A stretch of 64,000 bases of DNA from an uncultured Gammaproteobacteria bacterium (GTDB lineage Bacteria; Patescibacteriota; Microgenomatia; Levybacterales; UBA12049). The position numbers and the translations under genes are program-made. Position 1 is the stretch's first letter. Every line of letters starts with the position of its first letter. Positions 55,522-64,000 of this stretch are shown here, one piece after another. The stretch lies in the NCBI GenBank assembly GCA_964637955.1, contig CAZWXQ010000005.1, positions 18,993-82,992 of the forward strand. The letters run 5' to 3'. Under the pieces are notes generated by a model that did no database searches, was not told the origin of the DNA, and was given only the letters and a program-made list of their open reading frames with translations.

Positions 55522-56203
55522 ACTACCTGAGACAAAGATAAGAAACCTCAAAGAAATAGAAAAACCTGCAGTATCAATTACAGTTCTTATTTTTTCCATT
55601 AACAAAGGGAAACTTGAAATTGTTTTAGTTAAAAGAGTACGAGATCCTTTCCTTGGTTTATTAAGTATTCCAGGAGACATTATTTCAATCGATGATGATT
55701 TAGAAGCAGCAGCTAGGAAAATTCTAAAAGATAAAACTGGAATTCATGATGTTTATCTGGAGCAGCTTTACACTTTTGGAAATGTTAATAGAGATCCTCG
55801 AGGAAGAGTTATTTCTATCGCATACTTCGCATTTCTTCCACACAACAGCGTTGACTTATCACTTGCTCCTGATTCACTGCATGCTTCCTTTATCCCTATT
55901 GAAGATCTTCCGAAACTTGCTTTTGATCATAATGAAATAGTTAATTATGGAGTCGAAAGAATTAAGGGAAAAATTGAGTATAGCAATATAGCACAAGGCC
56001 TTCTTCCTGAAAAGTTTAGACTATCTGAACTACAAGCAGTTTATGAAATAATTTTAGGTAAAAAATTAGATAAAAGAAATTTTAGAAAAAAGATGAATGC
56101 AGTGAACTTACTTGAATCTACGAATGAACTTTACAGAGAAGGAAGTCACAGACCAGCAACACTTTATAAATTTAAAAGCAAAGATTTAGTAATGTTTAAT
56201 TAA
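55511..56203 (+). CDS. nrtR: NrtR-type regulator: Nudix-like N-terminal domain + C-terminal winged-helix DNA-binding domain
   Basis: Nudix fold (VLIFSINKGKLEIVLVKRVRDPFLGLLSIPGDIIS....RKILKDKTG) followed by NrtR-type HTH (FRLSELQAVYEIILGKKLDKRNFRKKM). Confidence 0.6.
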   Translation: MYTKLPETKIRNLKEIEKPAVSITVLIFSINKGKLEIVLVKRVRDPFLGLLSIPGDIISIDDDLEAAARKILKDKTGIHDVYLEQLYTFGNVNRDPRGRVISIAYFAFLPHNSVDLSLAPDSLHASFIPIEDLPKLAFDHNEIVNYGVERIKGKIEYSNIAQGLLPEKFRLSELQAVYEIILGKKLDKRNFRKKMNAVNLLESTNELYREGSHRPATLYKFKSKDLVMFN

Positions 56204-56243
56204 TATTTTTTTACACTTTAGTTAGTGTAGGAATTACACTATT

Positions 56244-57761
56244 ATGAATGGAGAATTATTTAGAGGAGTTGAAATAAATGCACTGCCAGATAGGGAAAGG
56301 CAATTTTCTGAAAGATATCTGGGATTTCCAGAAGATCTAACATTTAATGAATTTAGATTAATTAATCCCGAAATTAGAAAACAAATAATTCTTAGGAATC
56401 CTATTATTCAATCTGACACTTATAACAGAACCATGGAACATCTCGCTGGCGAAGACTTAAATAAAGAAGGTGTCTATGTTCTCCAATTAAGAAAAGCTAA
56501 GTCAGGTTTTCTTATTGCGACAGGAATTCAGGATGTAGTTAATGAAATTGCAAATGTAAAAATTACACAAGCTCAATTAGATTTTGCTAAAGATTATTAC
56601 GCACAATCTTCAGGAGTGCCATATTTTAATCCAGAAAAATGGGAGACTGTAATTAGAGACCACGGAGGAAAACTTCCATTTGAAATTTACGGAGTTAAAG
56701 AAGGAACTTCTGTTCTTCCTGGGGATCCTATTCTTAGAGTACACGGTCCAAATGAACTAGTTGCGCATTTTGAACCGTATTTTCATCGAATTTTTTATCC
56801 AACTCTTGTTGCAACAAACGCAAGAAGAATTGCAGAAATTATAGATCCCAGCAGATTTATAGAGGTTGGCCTAAGAGGAGTTGAAAACAATGACAAACAT
56901 CTAATCGCAGTAAAAGCGATGTATATAGGTGGAGGAATTAGAAATACTAGCAGCGATATGGCAAATGCATATTATCCTCAATTTAATCTTATAGGTACCA
57001 TAGGGCACAGATATATTCAATCTTTTGTGAATGAGGAAGAAGCATTTAGACATGCCGTAGAAAACCTGCCAGCAGTAACTCTTTTAGTTGATTTAAACGA
57101 CAGTTATGAAGGCATCGAAAAAGCATTAAGAATAAAAAGAGAATATAGAAATTCAGGTAAAAAAATCTGGATGAGACTTGATTCGGGAGATCTTTTGGCA
57201 GAGTGTGTTTACGCCCTAAGAAGACAAGAAGAGCTTGGATTAAAAGACCCAGAACTAGACAAAATTGTTATTGAAGGAATTGAAAGCATAGAACAACTTG
57301 AAGATATAGAATCAAAATTAAAAATGCTCGATCTTCCAGCTGAAGACTATGTAATCTATGGCGCAGGTGGACTTTTGGTTTCAGAGAATACAGCTAGATG
57401 CGATGCTTCAAGCGGATTTAAGCTCGCAAAATATGATGGCCGTCCCACAGCTAAATTTACAAATAGCTCAGGCAAAAGCTCTATTCCAGGAGTTCCTTTT
57501 CTTGGAGAACTAAAAGGAGAGAGAATCATTTCTCAATCTGGTGAACATGTAAGACGCTCACTTTTCCAACCATATTATATTGATAAAAAAGTGGTTCAGC
57601 CAGAAAGCATTGAGATTGCCAGAATTAATGCAGGGCTGACATACGAGGAAATTGCAGAACAAGCAAAAAATAACCAAAGAACTCAAAAATCTTACCAAAC
57701 AAGCACGCTCCTTTATGACTTAAGACCTAAGAGTAAAACAAAGGAGACAGTTTTATTATGA
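56244..57761 (+). CDS. nicotinate/nicotinamide phosphoribosyltransferase family protein (NAPRTase/NAMPT-like)
   Basis: IIQSDTYNRTM (D-x-Y-K-like), LIGTIGHRYIQSF (GTxxH), WMRLDSGDL; 505 aa. Confidence 0.65.
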   Translation: MNGELFRGVEINALPDRERQFSERYLGFPEDLTFNEFRLINPEIRKQIILRNPIIQSDTYNRTMEHLAGEDLNKEGVYVLQLRKAKSGFLIATGIQDVVNEIANVKITQAQLDFAKDYYAQSSGVPYFNPEKWETVIRDHGGKLPFEIYGVKEGTSVLPGDPILRVHGPNELVAHFEPYFHRIFYPTLVATNARRIAEIIDPSRFIEVGLRGVENNDKHLIAVKAMYIGGGIRNTSSDMANAYYPQFNLIGTIGHRYIQSFVNEEEAFRHAVENLPAVTLLVDLNDSYEGIEKALRIKREYRNSGKKIWMRLDSGDLLAECVYALRRQEELGLKDPELDKIVIEGIESIEQLEDIESKLKMLDLPAEDYVIYGAGGLLVSENTARCDASSGFKLAKYDGRPTAKFTNSSGKSSIPGVPFLGELKGERIISQSGEHVRRSLFQPYYIDKKVVQPESIEIARINAGLTYEEIAEQAKNNQRTQKSYQTSTLLYDLRPKSKTKETVLL

Positions 57762-58657
57762 ATGAGGAAACTAAAATTCAGACTTTAAGTCTTGTAGCGG
57801 GCACAGAGGCTTGCAACGCCAGATGCCCATTCTGCGTATCTAAAATGACTCCTCTTCAAGGAGTGACTCTTAAAGAAGAACCCATCGACTGGGACAGATT
57901 CAAAGTTGCTATGACGCTAGCAAAAGAAGGGAACACAGAGACAGCAATGATTACCGGAAAAGGCGAACCAACACTTTTTCCAGGACATATCACTGGATAT
58001 TTAGATAATTTAAGAAGCGAAGAGAACGCTCAAGGTTTCCAAATCCCAAAAAAAGAACTTCAAACTAATGCTATAGTTTTCGACAGAAAAAGAGCCCAAT
58101 ATGATCCGCTACTTGAAAGATGGGCAGAACTTGAACTAGAAACTGTCGCTATTTCTATAGTTCACTATGAACCAGAAAGAAATCGAGAAATTTATTTACC
58201 TTATTCAAATTCATATATTAACCTTGAAAGCGTACTCGAATATCTGCATGGAATGGGAATTCGCACAAGACTCGCATGTGTTTTGGTTAACGGTTACATA
58301 GATTCAAGTGATAAAATTGCACGTCTTATCGATTTTGCAAGAAATAATAACTCTGAAGAGCTCACCATAAGACCTGTTAATAAACCAGATTTAGCACAAG
58401 GAGATGTTTATGAATGGACTGCCGCACATCACTTAACTCGTCCTCAATTTGAAGATATTCACACTTTTCTTGAAAAAAATGGCAGCATCCAAAGGGAGTT
58501 TCCATTCGGTGCTACAGTTTATGACATGGGAGGACAAAATGTTTGCCTAACAAATTCTCTAACAAAAGATACCAATTCGCATTATAAGCGTCAATTAATA
58601 TTTTTTCCAAACGGAAGAATTGCGACTGATTGGACGGAAGGATCTCAAGCGCTATGA
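57758..58657 (+). CDS. radical SAM enzyme (299 aa)
   Basis: CNARCPFC (CxxxCxxC) cluster motif and ITGKGEPTLFP SAM-binding glycine-rich motif; ATGA overlap with upstream gene. Confidence 0.65.
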   Translation: MNEETKIQTLSLVAGTEACNARCPFCVSKMTPLQGVTLKEEPIDWDRFKVAMTLAKEGNTETAMITGKGEPTLFPGHITGYLDNLRSEENAQGFQIPKKELQTNAIVFDRKRAQYDPLLERWAELELETVAISIVHYEPERNREIYLPYSNSYINLESVLEYLHGMGIRTRLACVLVNGYIDSSDKIARLIDFARNNNSEELTIRPVNKPDLAQGDVYEWTAAHHLTRPQFEDIHTFLEKNGSIQREFPFGATVYDMGGQNVCLTNSLTKDTNSHYKRQLIFFPNGRIATDWTEGSQAL

Positions 58658-59709
58658 ATGAATTTGATCCCATGAAAGCAGTTTATAGTTACTATTTTCC
58701 TGAAACCCGTGCCGTTGTTGATTCACTTGCACTTACACCCCACGATATCTTTCTAACACAAACAAATATTGCTCAAGCAAATGAAGCTATTTCTCAGTAT
58801 GGATTTAAAAACGGATTTGAAATTCCAAAAACTCCAGCTGGAAATGTGGATCTTGATATGATTCATGAACCAATCATAGAAGCGATTATTGATGAATATA
58901 AAGATGTTGTACCAAATCTCTCTGAATATCCATTCAGATATCCAACATCAGGATCTTCTGAAGGAATTTTCCATTATCTTTCATTTTTAAGATCCCAAAA
59001 CATCACGACGATTAATACTTTTCCAGGGGAATATGAAGGATATAGAGAATACGGAATTGGCATAGGAATTAATACCGTTGAAGTTCCAATTGAAAAATCA
59101 GCTGAAAGTAGAAATGAATTTTGGTTTATTTCAAACCCAAATGCCCGAAATGGAAATATTATCGATAACGCTACTATAAATTCAATTGCTGAGGCGGGAA
59201 ATGACATTGCACTTGACTTAGCATATGTTGGAAATACCAATCCGCAAGAATTTGATGTCTCAAATCCTAGAGTCAAAGCTGTATTTATGTCTTTTAGTAA
59301 ACCGTATGGGCTTTTTAGATTTAGAATAGGATTTACATTTACTAGGGAGCCAATTCCTACTCTTTATGCAAACAAATGGTTTAAAAGTGTTCCATCTCTT
59401 TTGTTAGCTTTAAAAGTAGCTCAGGATATTGGACCAAAACTTTTACCTGAGAAATATAAAGCAGTTCAGGCGGAAATCGTAGCCGAAATAAATGATCAAA
59501 CAGGACTCAACATTACTCCAAGCGATGCATTTCTCTTAGCTCATATGCCTCTATCGGACTCGATGAGATTAAATAACGACCAAAAAAACTTGATCGAACA
59601 ATTCCAAAGAGCTGACAATTATAGATTTTGCCTCACTCCTTATTTTGAAAGAAAAGAAAAAGAATTATGGCTGCAAAATGGCACTCAGATTTTTTCTCCA
59701 CCAACCTAA
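58654..59709 (+). CDS. class I/II aminotransferase-fold PLP-dependent protein (HisC/CobD-like, divergent)
   Basis: TSGSSEG, FWFISNPNARNGNI (PNNPTG-like), DLAYVGN, MSFSKPYGLFRFRIGF (SFSKxxGLxGxRxG with PLP lysine); ATGA overlap with radical SAM gene. Confidence 0.55.
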   Translation: MNEFDPMKAVYSYYFPETRAVVDSLALTPHDIFLTQTNIAQANEAISQYGFKNGFEIPKTPAGNVDLDMIHEPIIEAIIDEYKDVVPNLSEYPFRYPTSGSSEGIFHYLSFLRSQNITTINTFPGEYEGYREYGIGIGINTVEVPIEKSAESRNEFWFISNPNARNGNIIDNATINSIAEAGNDIALDLAYVGNTNPQEFDVSNPRVKAVFMSFSKPYGLFRFRIGFTFTREPIPTLYANKWFKSVPSLLLALKVAQDIGPKLLPEKYKAVQAEIVAEINDQTGLNITPSDAFLLAHMPLSDSMRLNNDQKNLIEQFQRADNYRFCLTPYFERKEKELWLQNGTQIFSPPT

Positions 59710-61389
59710 TACAGGATTACTTTCTACTTGCCAATTTTTTGCCATTTCTTCGTATTCAGAAATCTTGGGAATGGATGCCGATCTGTTATATAATCCTGAT
59801 ACATATTTTGGATCTAACCATTGAAGTAGACCAACTTTTTTAAATTCCCATTTTTCATCATAGGGATAAACCTTACCATCAATATAAACCATTTCAGTAG
59901 TACCGTTTTCTTTTTGAACCCTGTACCAGTTAAAAGGATTCGTATCAAGCTGCCATCTTTTTCCGAGCTCAAAAGTATTTATGTATTTTGCCATTTGTTC
60001 TACATCTACTTCAGATAATAATCCGTCTTTAATAAGTTGCGCTGCAGATAACGAACCTTCAGGAATTTGCTCCTGTACAAAGTATCTATATGGAGGCCCT
60101 CCTGGATCAATTTCTAAAATTTTCGCATGAGGAACACCGTTTTCATCAAGCAAATTTTCCCTTTCAATTGATTGCTGCATTGCTTTAAAAATATTGTGAT
60201 CATTCTTGCCATCTTTTCTAACAACTTTTAGTACTTTTTCTCCCTCTTCAAGAACAAAAACCATTTTTTTACTTCCAAATGCTACTTCATGGCTAGGAGA
60301 TATTTTGAATTCTTGGTCACCAATCTTAACAACCCTTCTTTCTTCATCAAAATTTATGCTCGATTTAATTTCCTCATAATTAACGCTTGATATTTCAGGA
60401 TCAGTAATTAACTTTCTAGCTTCAGGTTTAACCCCCACAACAACCATATGAGTTGTAGGAAAGGGAAGAGGTATAAAATTTCCATCTTCATCTTCCTTGG
60501 ATAATTCTACTTTTCCTTCTAGTCTATTCTTTAATATAAATTCATTTGGATCAGGAATAACCTGAATATCTATGAATCCAGCATCTTCAAGCACTTTTCT
60601 TGCTTGCTCTTGAGTCCAATAAGTATATTTCTCATGAATTTCCTGCCTCCAATTTCCTGTATAGTCTTTTCTCATATAAAACTCGTGTGCCCACTCAGGA
60701 AGAATATTTATATATTCATGTCCATTTCGCTTAAAAAAATGATAATTAAAAGCATTTCCACCGCCAAATTCCTCATGAAATCTTAAAAACAAAGCTCTTG
60801 GGGAAAGCTTATTGTAGTCAATAATGCCATCATGAGTCGCTTTTTCTACATCATCTTCACCGACCTGCGTGAGTAATCTCATGTTAATTGGCGTGGTGTC
60901 AGTAGGCTTTGCAAAATCCCTTACGATAATTCTACCTCCGGGTTTTAACTCTCTAAATGTAGCTTCGACAGCATCAGTCATTCTCCCAGCTCCACCAAAC
61001 GATTCAATTTCATGTCCACTAGTGGAATAAAATTTGATATCAACTGAATCATCTGGAAATACTTGCTCTGACGCGTCACCATAAACAAGTTGCGTAAGCG
61101 ATTGATTCTCCGTTGCTCTTTCTGCAAGTTCATGAGAAAAATCTAATGCATAAACATTTGCTCCTCTAAATTCTCTAGCTATAGCTTCTGCCATTAATCC
61201 CGTCCCTGAACCTGCGTCAACTATACGAGCACCATCTGGAACTTCACCGAAATAAGGAACGACGGAACGTAATTTTGCTTCCAAAGCAACGTCCATACGC
61301 CAATCATAAACCGTAAAATCACGCCCTTCATTTGCTAAATCAAATCTTCTTTTAATTTCTGACGGATCAGGCGCAGGAACTTCAATCAT
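59665..61389 (-). CDS. class I SAM-dependent methyltransferase fused to about 380-aa C-terminal domain of unknown function
   Basis: RIVDAGSGTGLMAEAIARE....NVYALDFS (motif I/II), RIIVRDF; start taken at MIEVPAPD (61389); 45-nt convergent overlap with 58654..59709. Confidence 0.55.
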   Translation of the reverse strand: MIEVPAPDPSEIKRRFDLANEGRDFTVYDWRMDVALEAKLRSVVPYFGEVPDGARIVDAGSGTGLMAEAIAREFRGANVYALDFSHELAERATENQSLTQLVYGDASEQVFPDDSVDIKFYSTSGHEIESFGGAGRMTDAVEATFRELKPGGRIIVRDFAKPTDTTPINMRLLTQVGEDDVEKATHDGIIDYNKLSPRALFLRFHEEFGGGNAFNYHFFKRNGHEYINILPEWAHEFYMRKDYTGNWRQEIHEKYTYWTQEQARKVLEDAGFIDIQVIPDPNEFILKNRLEGKVELSKEDEDGNFIPLPFPTTHMVVVGVKPEARKLITDPEISSVNYEEIKSSINFDEERRVVKIGDQEFKISPSHEVAFGSKKMVFVLEEGEKVLKVVRKDGKNDHNIFKAMQQSIERENLLDENGVPHAKILEIDPGGPPYRYFVQEQIPEGSLSAAQLIKDGLLSEVDVEQMAKYINTFELGKRWQLDTNPFNWYRVQKENGTTEMVYIDGKVYPYDEKWEFKKVGLLQWLDPKYVSGLYNRSASIPKISEYEEMAKNWQVESNPVLGWWRKNLSAILQP

Positions 61390-61492
61390 AAGATGCCATT
61401 TTACTTCTTTTGTGCCTAAATAGCAAACTATAGGGTGAACATAAAACTCACAAGTAACTAGATTTAAAAACAATTGCTATAATTATATCGTT

Positions 61493-61912
61493 ATGGAAAA
61501 AAACAAGAGAAACCCTAGACAAGAATTATTTAGAGAAATGGTTTTGGGAACTCTGGTTTACTCAGTAGTTTTGGGATTCTTTAATGATTATACACAGATT
61601 ATTCACACTGGAACTTATTCGACTACGTTTTTAGTAGCAGTAGTAATGCAAATCCTAACCTACATTACTTTTTGGTTAAAAGGCATAGTAGTTAAAAAGT
61701 TCAAAGGGAAAGAAGATTCTAAATATAAATTTGCTTTAGTTTTTGGTGTTTGGATAATTATGTTTTTATCTAAATTTGTTTTTCTGGCAGTAATCGATTT
61801 TGTTTTTGGCGGAAATGTAAAAATAAGCGGATTTATCGGACTTGTAATTATAATCGTAATTATGACTTTATCTAAAAAAATGATTGATATTCTTTACGAA
61901 AAACTAGCTTAA
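61493..61912 (+). CDS. small membrane protein (139 aa, 4 TM)
   Basis: Hydrophobic profile only. Confidence 0.4.
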   Translation: MEKNKRNPRQELFREMVLGTLVYSVVLGFFNDYTQIIHTGTYSTTFLVAVVMQILTYITFWLKGIVVKKFKGKEDSKYKFALVFGVWIIMFLSKFVFLAVIDFVFGGNVKISGFIGLVIIIVIMTLSKKMIDILYEKLA

Positions 61913-61913
61913 T

Positions 61914-62498
61914 CTATTCAGGCTGGAGGAGTTGCCAATTATGTGAAACATATGGCTCAGAGCAAAGACTTCTATTAAAACAGCAAGGCCGTCTCATTCC
62001 TTTATTTAATTTATCAAGCATTACAATAAGATGCTTTTCTCGTGTTTCCAAAGTCTTCACAGCCCGAACCCAACGAATCCAATCCCAACGAGCCATTGGA
62101 GTAATGTCATTCCATAAGTCTTGCGCCTTTGCCGAGGTCGAAAGCGCTTTTTTAACATCATCTGGAACTTCTGGCTCTATCCATTCTTTTGTAGGTTCAA
62201 GCTCAACCTTAACTATATCTCCTGCCCGCAACGCCAGCAAGCCAGCTTGCGTGGCAGGTGGGCCTCCCTTTTTATCATTATTTTTAAATAAAGCTGAATC
62301 AACTCGAAACCAATGACTTGATCCTTTTCCAGGCCAATATTTTCCATCTGGCTCAAGAAGAGTTTTAAAAGATTTACCGTTCAAAGTTCCTGCCACCATA
62401 ATCATTCCACGAGAGGGAAGCTGGGCACTTGCCTCCAGAGGAAGATGAATAATCGTCCAGTTTTTTATTTTTAATAATTTAGATTCAAAGAGTATCAT
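61914..62498 (-). CDS. DUF1905 + YdeI/OmpD-associated-like domain protein
   Basis: N-terminal GMIMVAGTLNGKSFKTLLEPDGKYW.......GDIVKVEL (DUF1905-like), C-terminal W..I.WV....KTLETREKHLIVMLDKL. Confidence 0.4.
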   Translation of the reverse strand: MILFESKLLKIKNWTIIHLPLEASAQLPSRGMIMVAGTLNGKSFKTLLEPDGKYWPGKGSSHWFRVDSALFKNNDKKGGPPATQAGLLALRAGDIVKVELEPTKEWIEPEVPDDVKKALSTSAKAQDLWNDITPMARWDWIRWVRAVKTLETREKHLIVMLDKLNKGMRRPCCFNRSLCSEPYVSHNWQLLQPE

Positions 62499-62569
62499 GA
62501 TTATGCTTAATATTATACCAAAAGCTGGAATATGAAATTTAAAATTATTTAACTGATATAATTTGAAAT

Positions 62570-63508
62570 ATGATTAATCCGCGAATAATTCAAAATAACC
62601 GTAAGAAATTAGCAGTTTTGGTATTTTCTGACATTGATGGAACGATAAATGATGAACGAGCACCTGAAAAAGAAAGATTAAATACAGTCGCTCCTGCAAA
62701 AAAAGCTATAGAACAACTTCAGAAAAATAGAATTCCCGTTGGACTAATAACTGCCAGAAGCTTTGGAGAGACATTAATATATAAAAATGTCTTAAAAACA
62801 GAGGGTATCATAATCTCTGAAGACGGGGCTGTCCTTATTCTTCCAAGATTAAATGATCCTGATTTTAAAAATTTATCAAAAAAAAATAATTTAATTACTT
62901 ATAAAAAAGAAAAAGCTTTAATTTTAAGTAAAATTAATACTTCAAAAATTAAAGAATATTTTAAATTTATCAATCGAATTTTAAATGAAAAATCTCTTAA
63001 TGAACTCATAACCTCCTGCACGAGTGATCCGAATCTACTTATGAAATTAATCAACTATGAAACTTTTAAAGATTTAGAAAGAGCAATTGACAGATTAGCA
63101 TCTGCATATGTTAGAAATTCATCGCCAGAACAATTCGAATTAGTTAAAAAGTATTTGACTAACTACAATTTACGAATTGGAGGAGAATTACATCACTTTC
63201 ACATACAAGGAAAAGATGCAGACAAGGGCTTAGCCATCAAATTTATAAATAATCATATTTTTGAAATTTTCCCAGAAAATAACTTTGATGGAATTTTTCC
63301 AATAGTTCTCGGGAATGATTACAATGACTTGAGATTATTTGAAGAAGCACATTCCATGGGAGGTATTGGAGTAATCGTAAAAGATTCAAACGGTAACTTT
63401 AAAGTTTCCGAAGACAAAATTCCGTCTTATGTCTTAAAAAGTGAAGGAGCTTTCGGGCATGGTATGCAAGAGGCTATAAAAATAATCTTAAAGAAATTAG
63501 GAGATTAA
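62570..63508 (+). CDS. HAD-superfamily subfamily IIB phosphatase
   Basis: Motif I FSDIDGTIND, motif II GLITARS, motif IV LGNDYNDLRLF. Confidence 0.65.
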   Translation: MINPRIIQNNRKKLAVLVFSDIDGTINDERAPEKERLNTVAPAKKAIEQLQKNRIPVGLITARSFGETLIYKNVLKTEGIIISEDGAVLILPRLNDPDFKNLSKKNNLITYKKEKALILSKINTSKIKEYFKFINRILNEKSLNELITSCTSDPNLLMKLINYETFKDLERAIDRLASAYVRNSSPEQFELVKKYLTNYNLRIGGELHHFHIQGKDADKGLAIKFINNHIFEIFPENNFDGIFPIVLGNDYNDLRLFEEAHSMGGIGVIVKDSNGNFKVSEDKIPSYVLKSEGAFGHGMQEAIKIILKKLGD

Positions 63509-63573
63509 ATTCAAAGAACTTATCCTACGCTTAGAGTTAAATGATATTAAACATAAACCCAAAACTATGAAAA

Positions 63574-63936
63574 TTAAAACGCAACAACTTTCGTCACCAT
63601 ACTAGGCACTACCTGCTGTGCATTTACCAAGCTAGGTACTTGTAAATCTGCTCCAAATTCTCCCTTTGTTATAGCTTGAAATGCAACACTATAGGCATTC
63701 TCAATAATTGCTCTCGTATTTTCTTCAGTTAGACTTATTCCTTGAACAGGGGAGACATTTTCACCTTCTGCAACATCTCTACAGTAATTTTCGATTACTA
63801 ATTCTGCTGATCCTTCAGGAACTCTTCTTAAGTAATCAACTGACAAATCTCCAATTCTTTCTCTTTTAAGGTCATCAACCTGGGTTTGGACATTAATGGC
63901 TCTGTTTTTACCATGACCAAATGATCTATATATCAA
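63574..63936 (-). CDS. hypothetical protein (120 aa)
   Basis: ORF only; no motif recognised. Confidence 0.3.
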   Translation of the reverse strand: MIYRSFGHGKNRAINVQTQVDDLKRERIGDLSVDYLRRVPEGSAELVIENYCRDVAEGENVSPVQGISLTEENTRAIIENAYSVAFQAITKGEFGADLQVPSLVNAQQVVPSMVTKVVAF

Positions 63937-64000
63937 TGTACTTATTCTGATCCCATCTGTTACGGGTTGTGTAACTTTAATTTTTACACTTTCATTCCTA

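Noticed and set aside
57758-58657. Calling the radical SAM enzyme a prokaryotic viperin (pVip)
   Set aside because: CNxxCxFC and GGEP-type motifs and their spacing are shared by many radical SAM subfamilies (MoaA, QueE, maturases). There is no discriminating C-terminal signature that I can verify by eye. Kept only as one hypothesis to test.
63574-63936. Assigning a family (capsid/encapsulin/pilin-like) to the last minus-strand ORF
   Set aside because: No motif I can defend. The window ends 64 nt upstream, so promoter context is unavailable.

Overview
This 64 kb window is a gene-dense, low-GC (about one-third GC) stretch of a small streamlined bacterial genome. From gene content and style I infer a CPR/Patescibacteria-like organism, but that is inference only. 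I found no rRNA, CRISPR array, integrase or transposase.

Housekeeping genes:
- A UvrC homolog that lacks the C-terminal helix-hairpin-helix region, SecG, RNase HII, TypA/BipA, a DEAD-box helicase and a Y-family polymerase (DinB).
- tRNA-Lys(CUU) and tRNA-Arg(UCG), both on the minus strand.

These are interleaved with many membrane, secreted and cell-envelope genes and with hypothetical proteins. Recognisable among them:
- A family-5 solute-binding protein, an MFS transporter, DUF2079 and flippase-like membrane proteins.
- A NAGPA-like phosphodiester glycosidase, a GH-like beta-propeller, a TVP38/DedA protein and a HAD-IIB phosphatase.
- Two paralogous MacAB-like adaptor/ATPase/FtsX-permease operons, the second directly downstream of an OmpR/histidine-kinase pair.

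The most unusual features:
1. A conserved about 70-nt hairpin-containing leader element sits directly on a strong AAGGAGG ribosome-binding site. It occurs in tandem upstream of a VOC/PhnB-like gene (10081) and again upstream of an unrelated secreted-protein gene (46976). Sequence variation is confined to the hairpin, with compensatory changes, which suggests a riboswitch-like cis-regulatory RNA.
2. An NrtR-type Nudix regulator whose 21-bp palindromic operator overlaps its own start codon. It is followed by a translationally coupled trio: an NAPRTase/NAMPT-family phosphoribosyltransferase, a CxxxCxxC radical-SAM enzyme and a class I/II aminotransferase-like PLP protein. The pairing points to a pathway acting on a pyridine nucleotide that I cannot name.
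3. An ATP-cone domain fused to an Mrr-like PD-(D/E)xK nuclease domain, next to dinB.
4. A stand-alone beta-ketoacyl synthase with a novel N-terminal extension in a locally GC-elevated segment, next to a beta-CASP metallo-beta-lactamase-fold protein.
5. Several large proteins with no assignable function: 716 aa, 945 aa with a transglutaminase-like Cys/His/Asp core, and a 602 aa methyltransferase fusion.
6. A decayed tandem segmental duplication whose upstream copy retains only the gene start of the Zn-ribbon/coiled-coil (DUF2130-like) gene.
7. Two near-identical about 48-nt promoter modules in front of different secreted-protein genes.
8. Several sigma70-like promoters positioned so that the transcripts would be leaderless.
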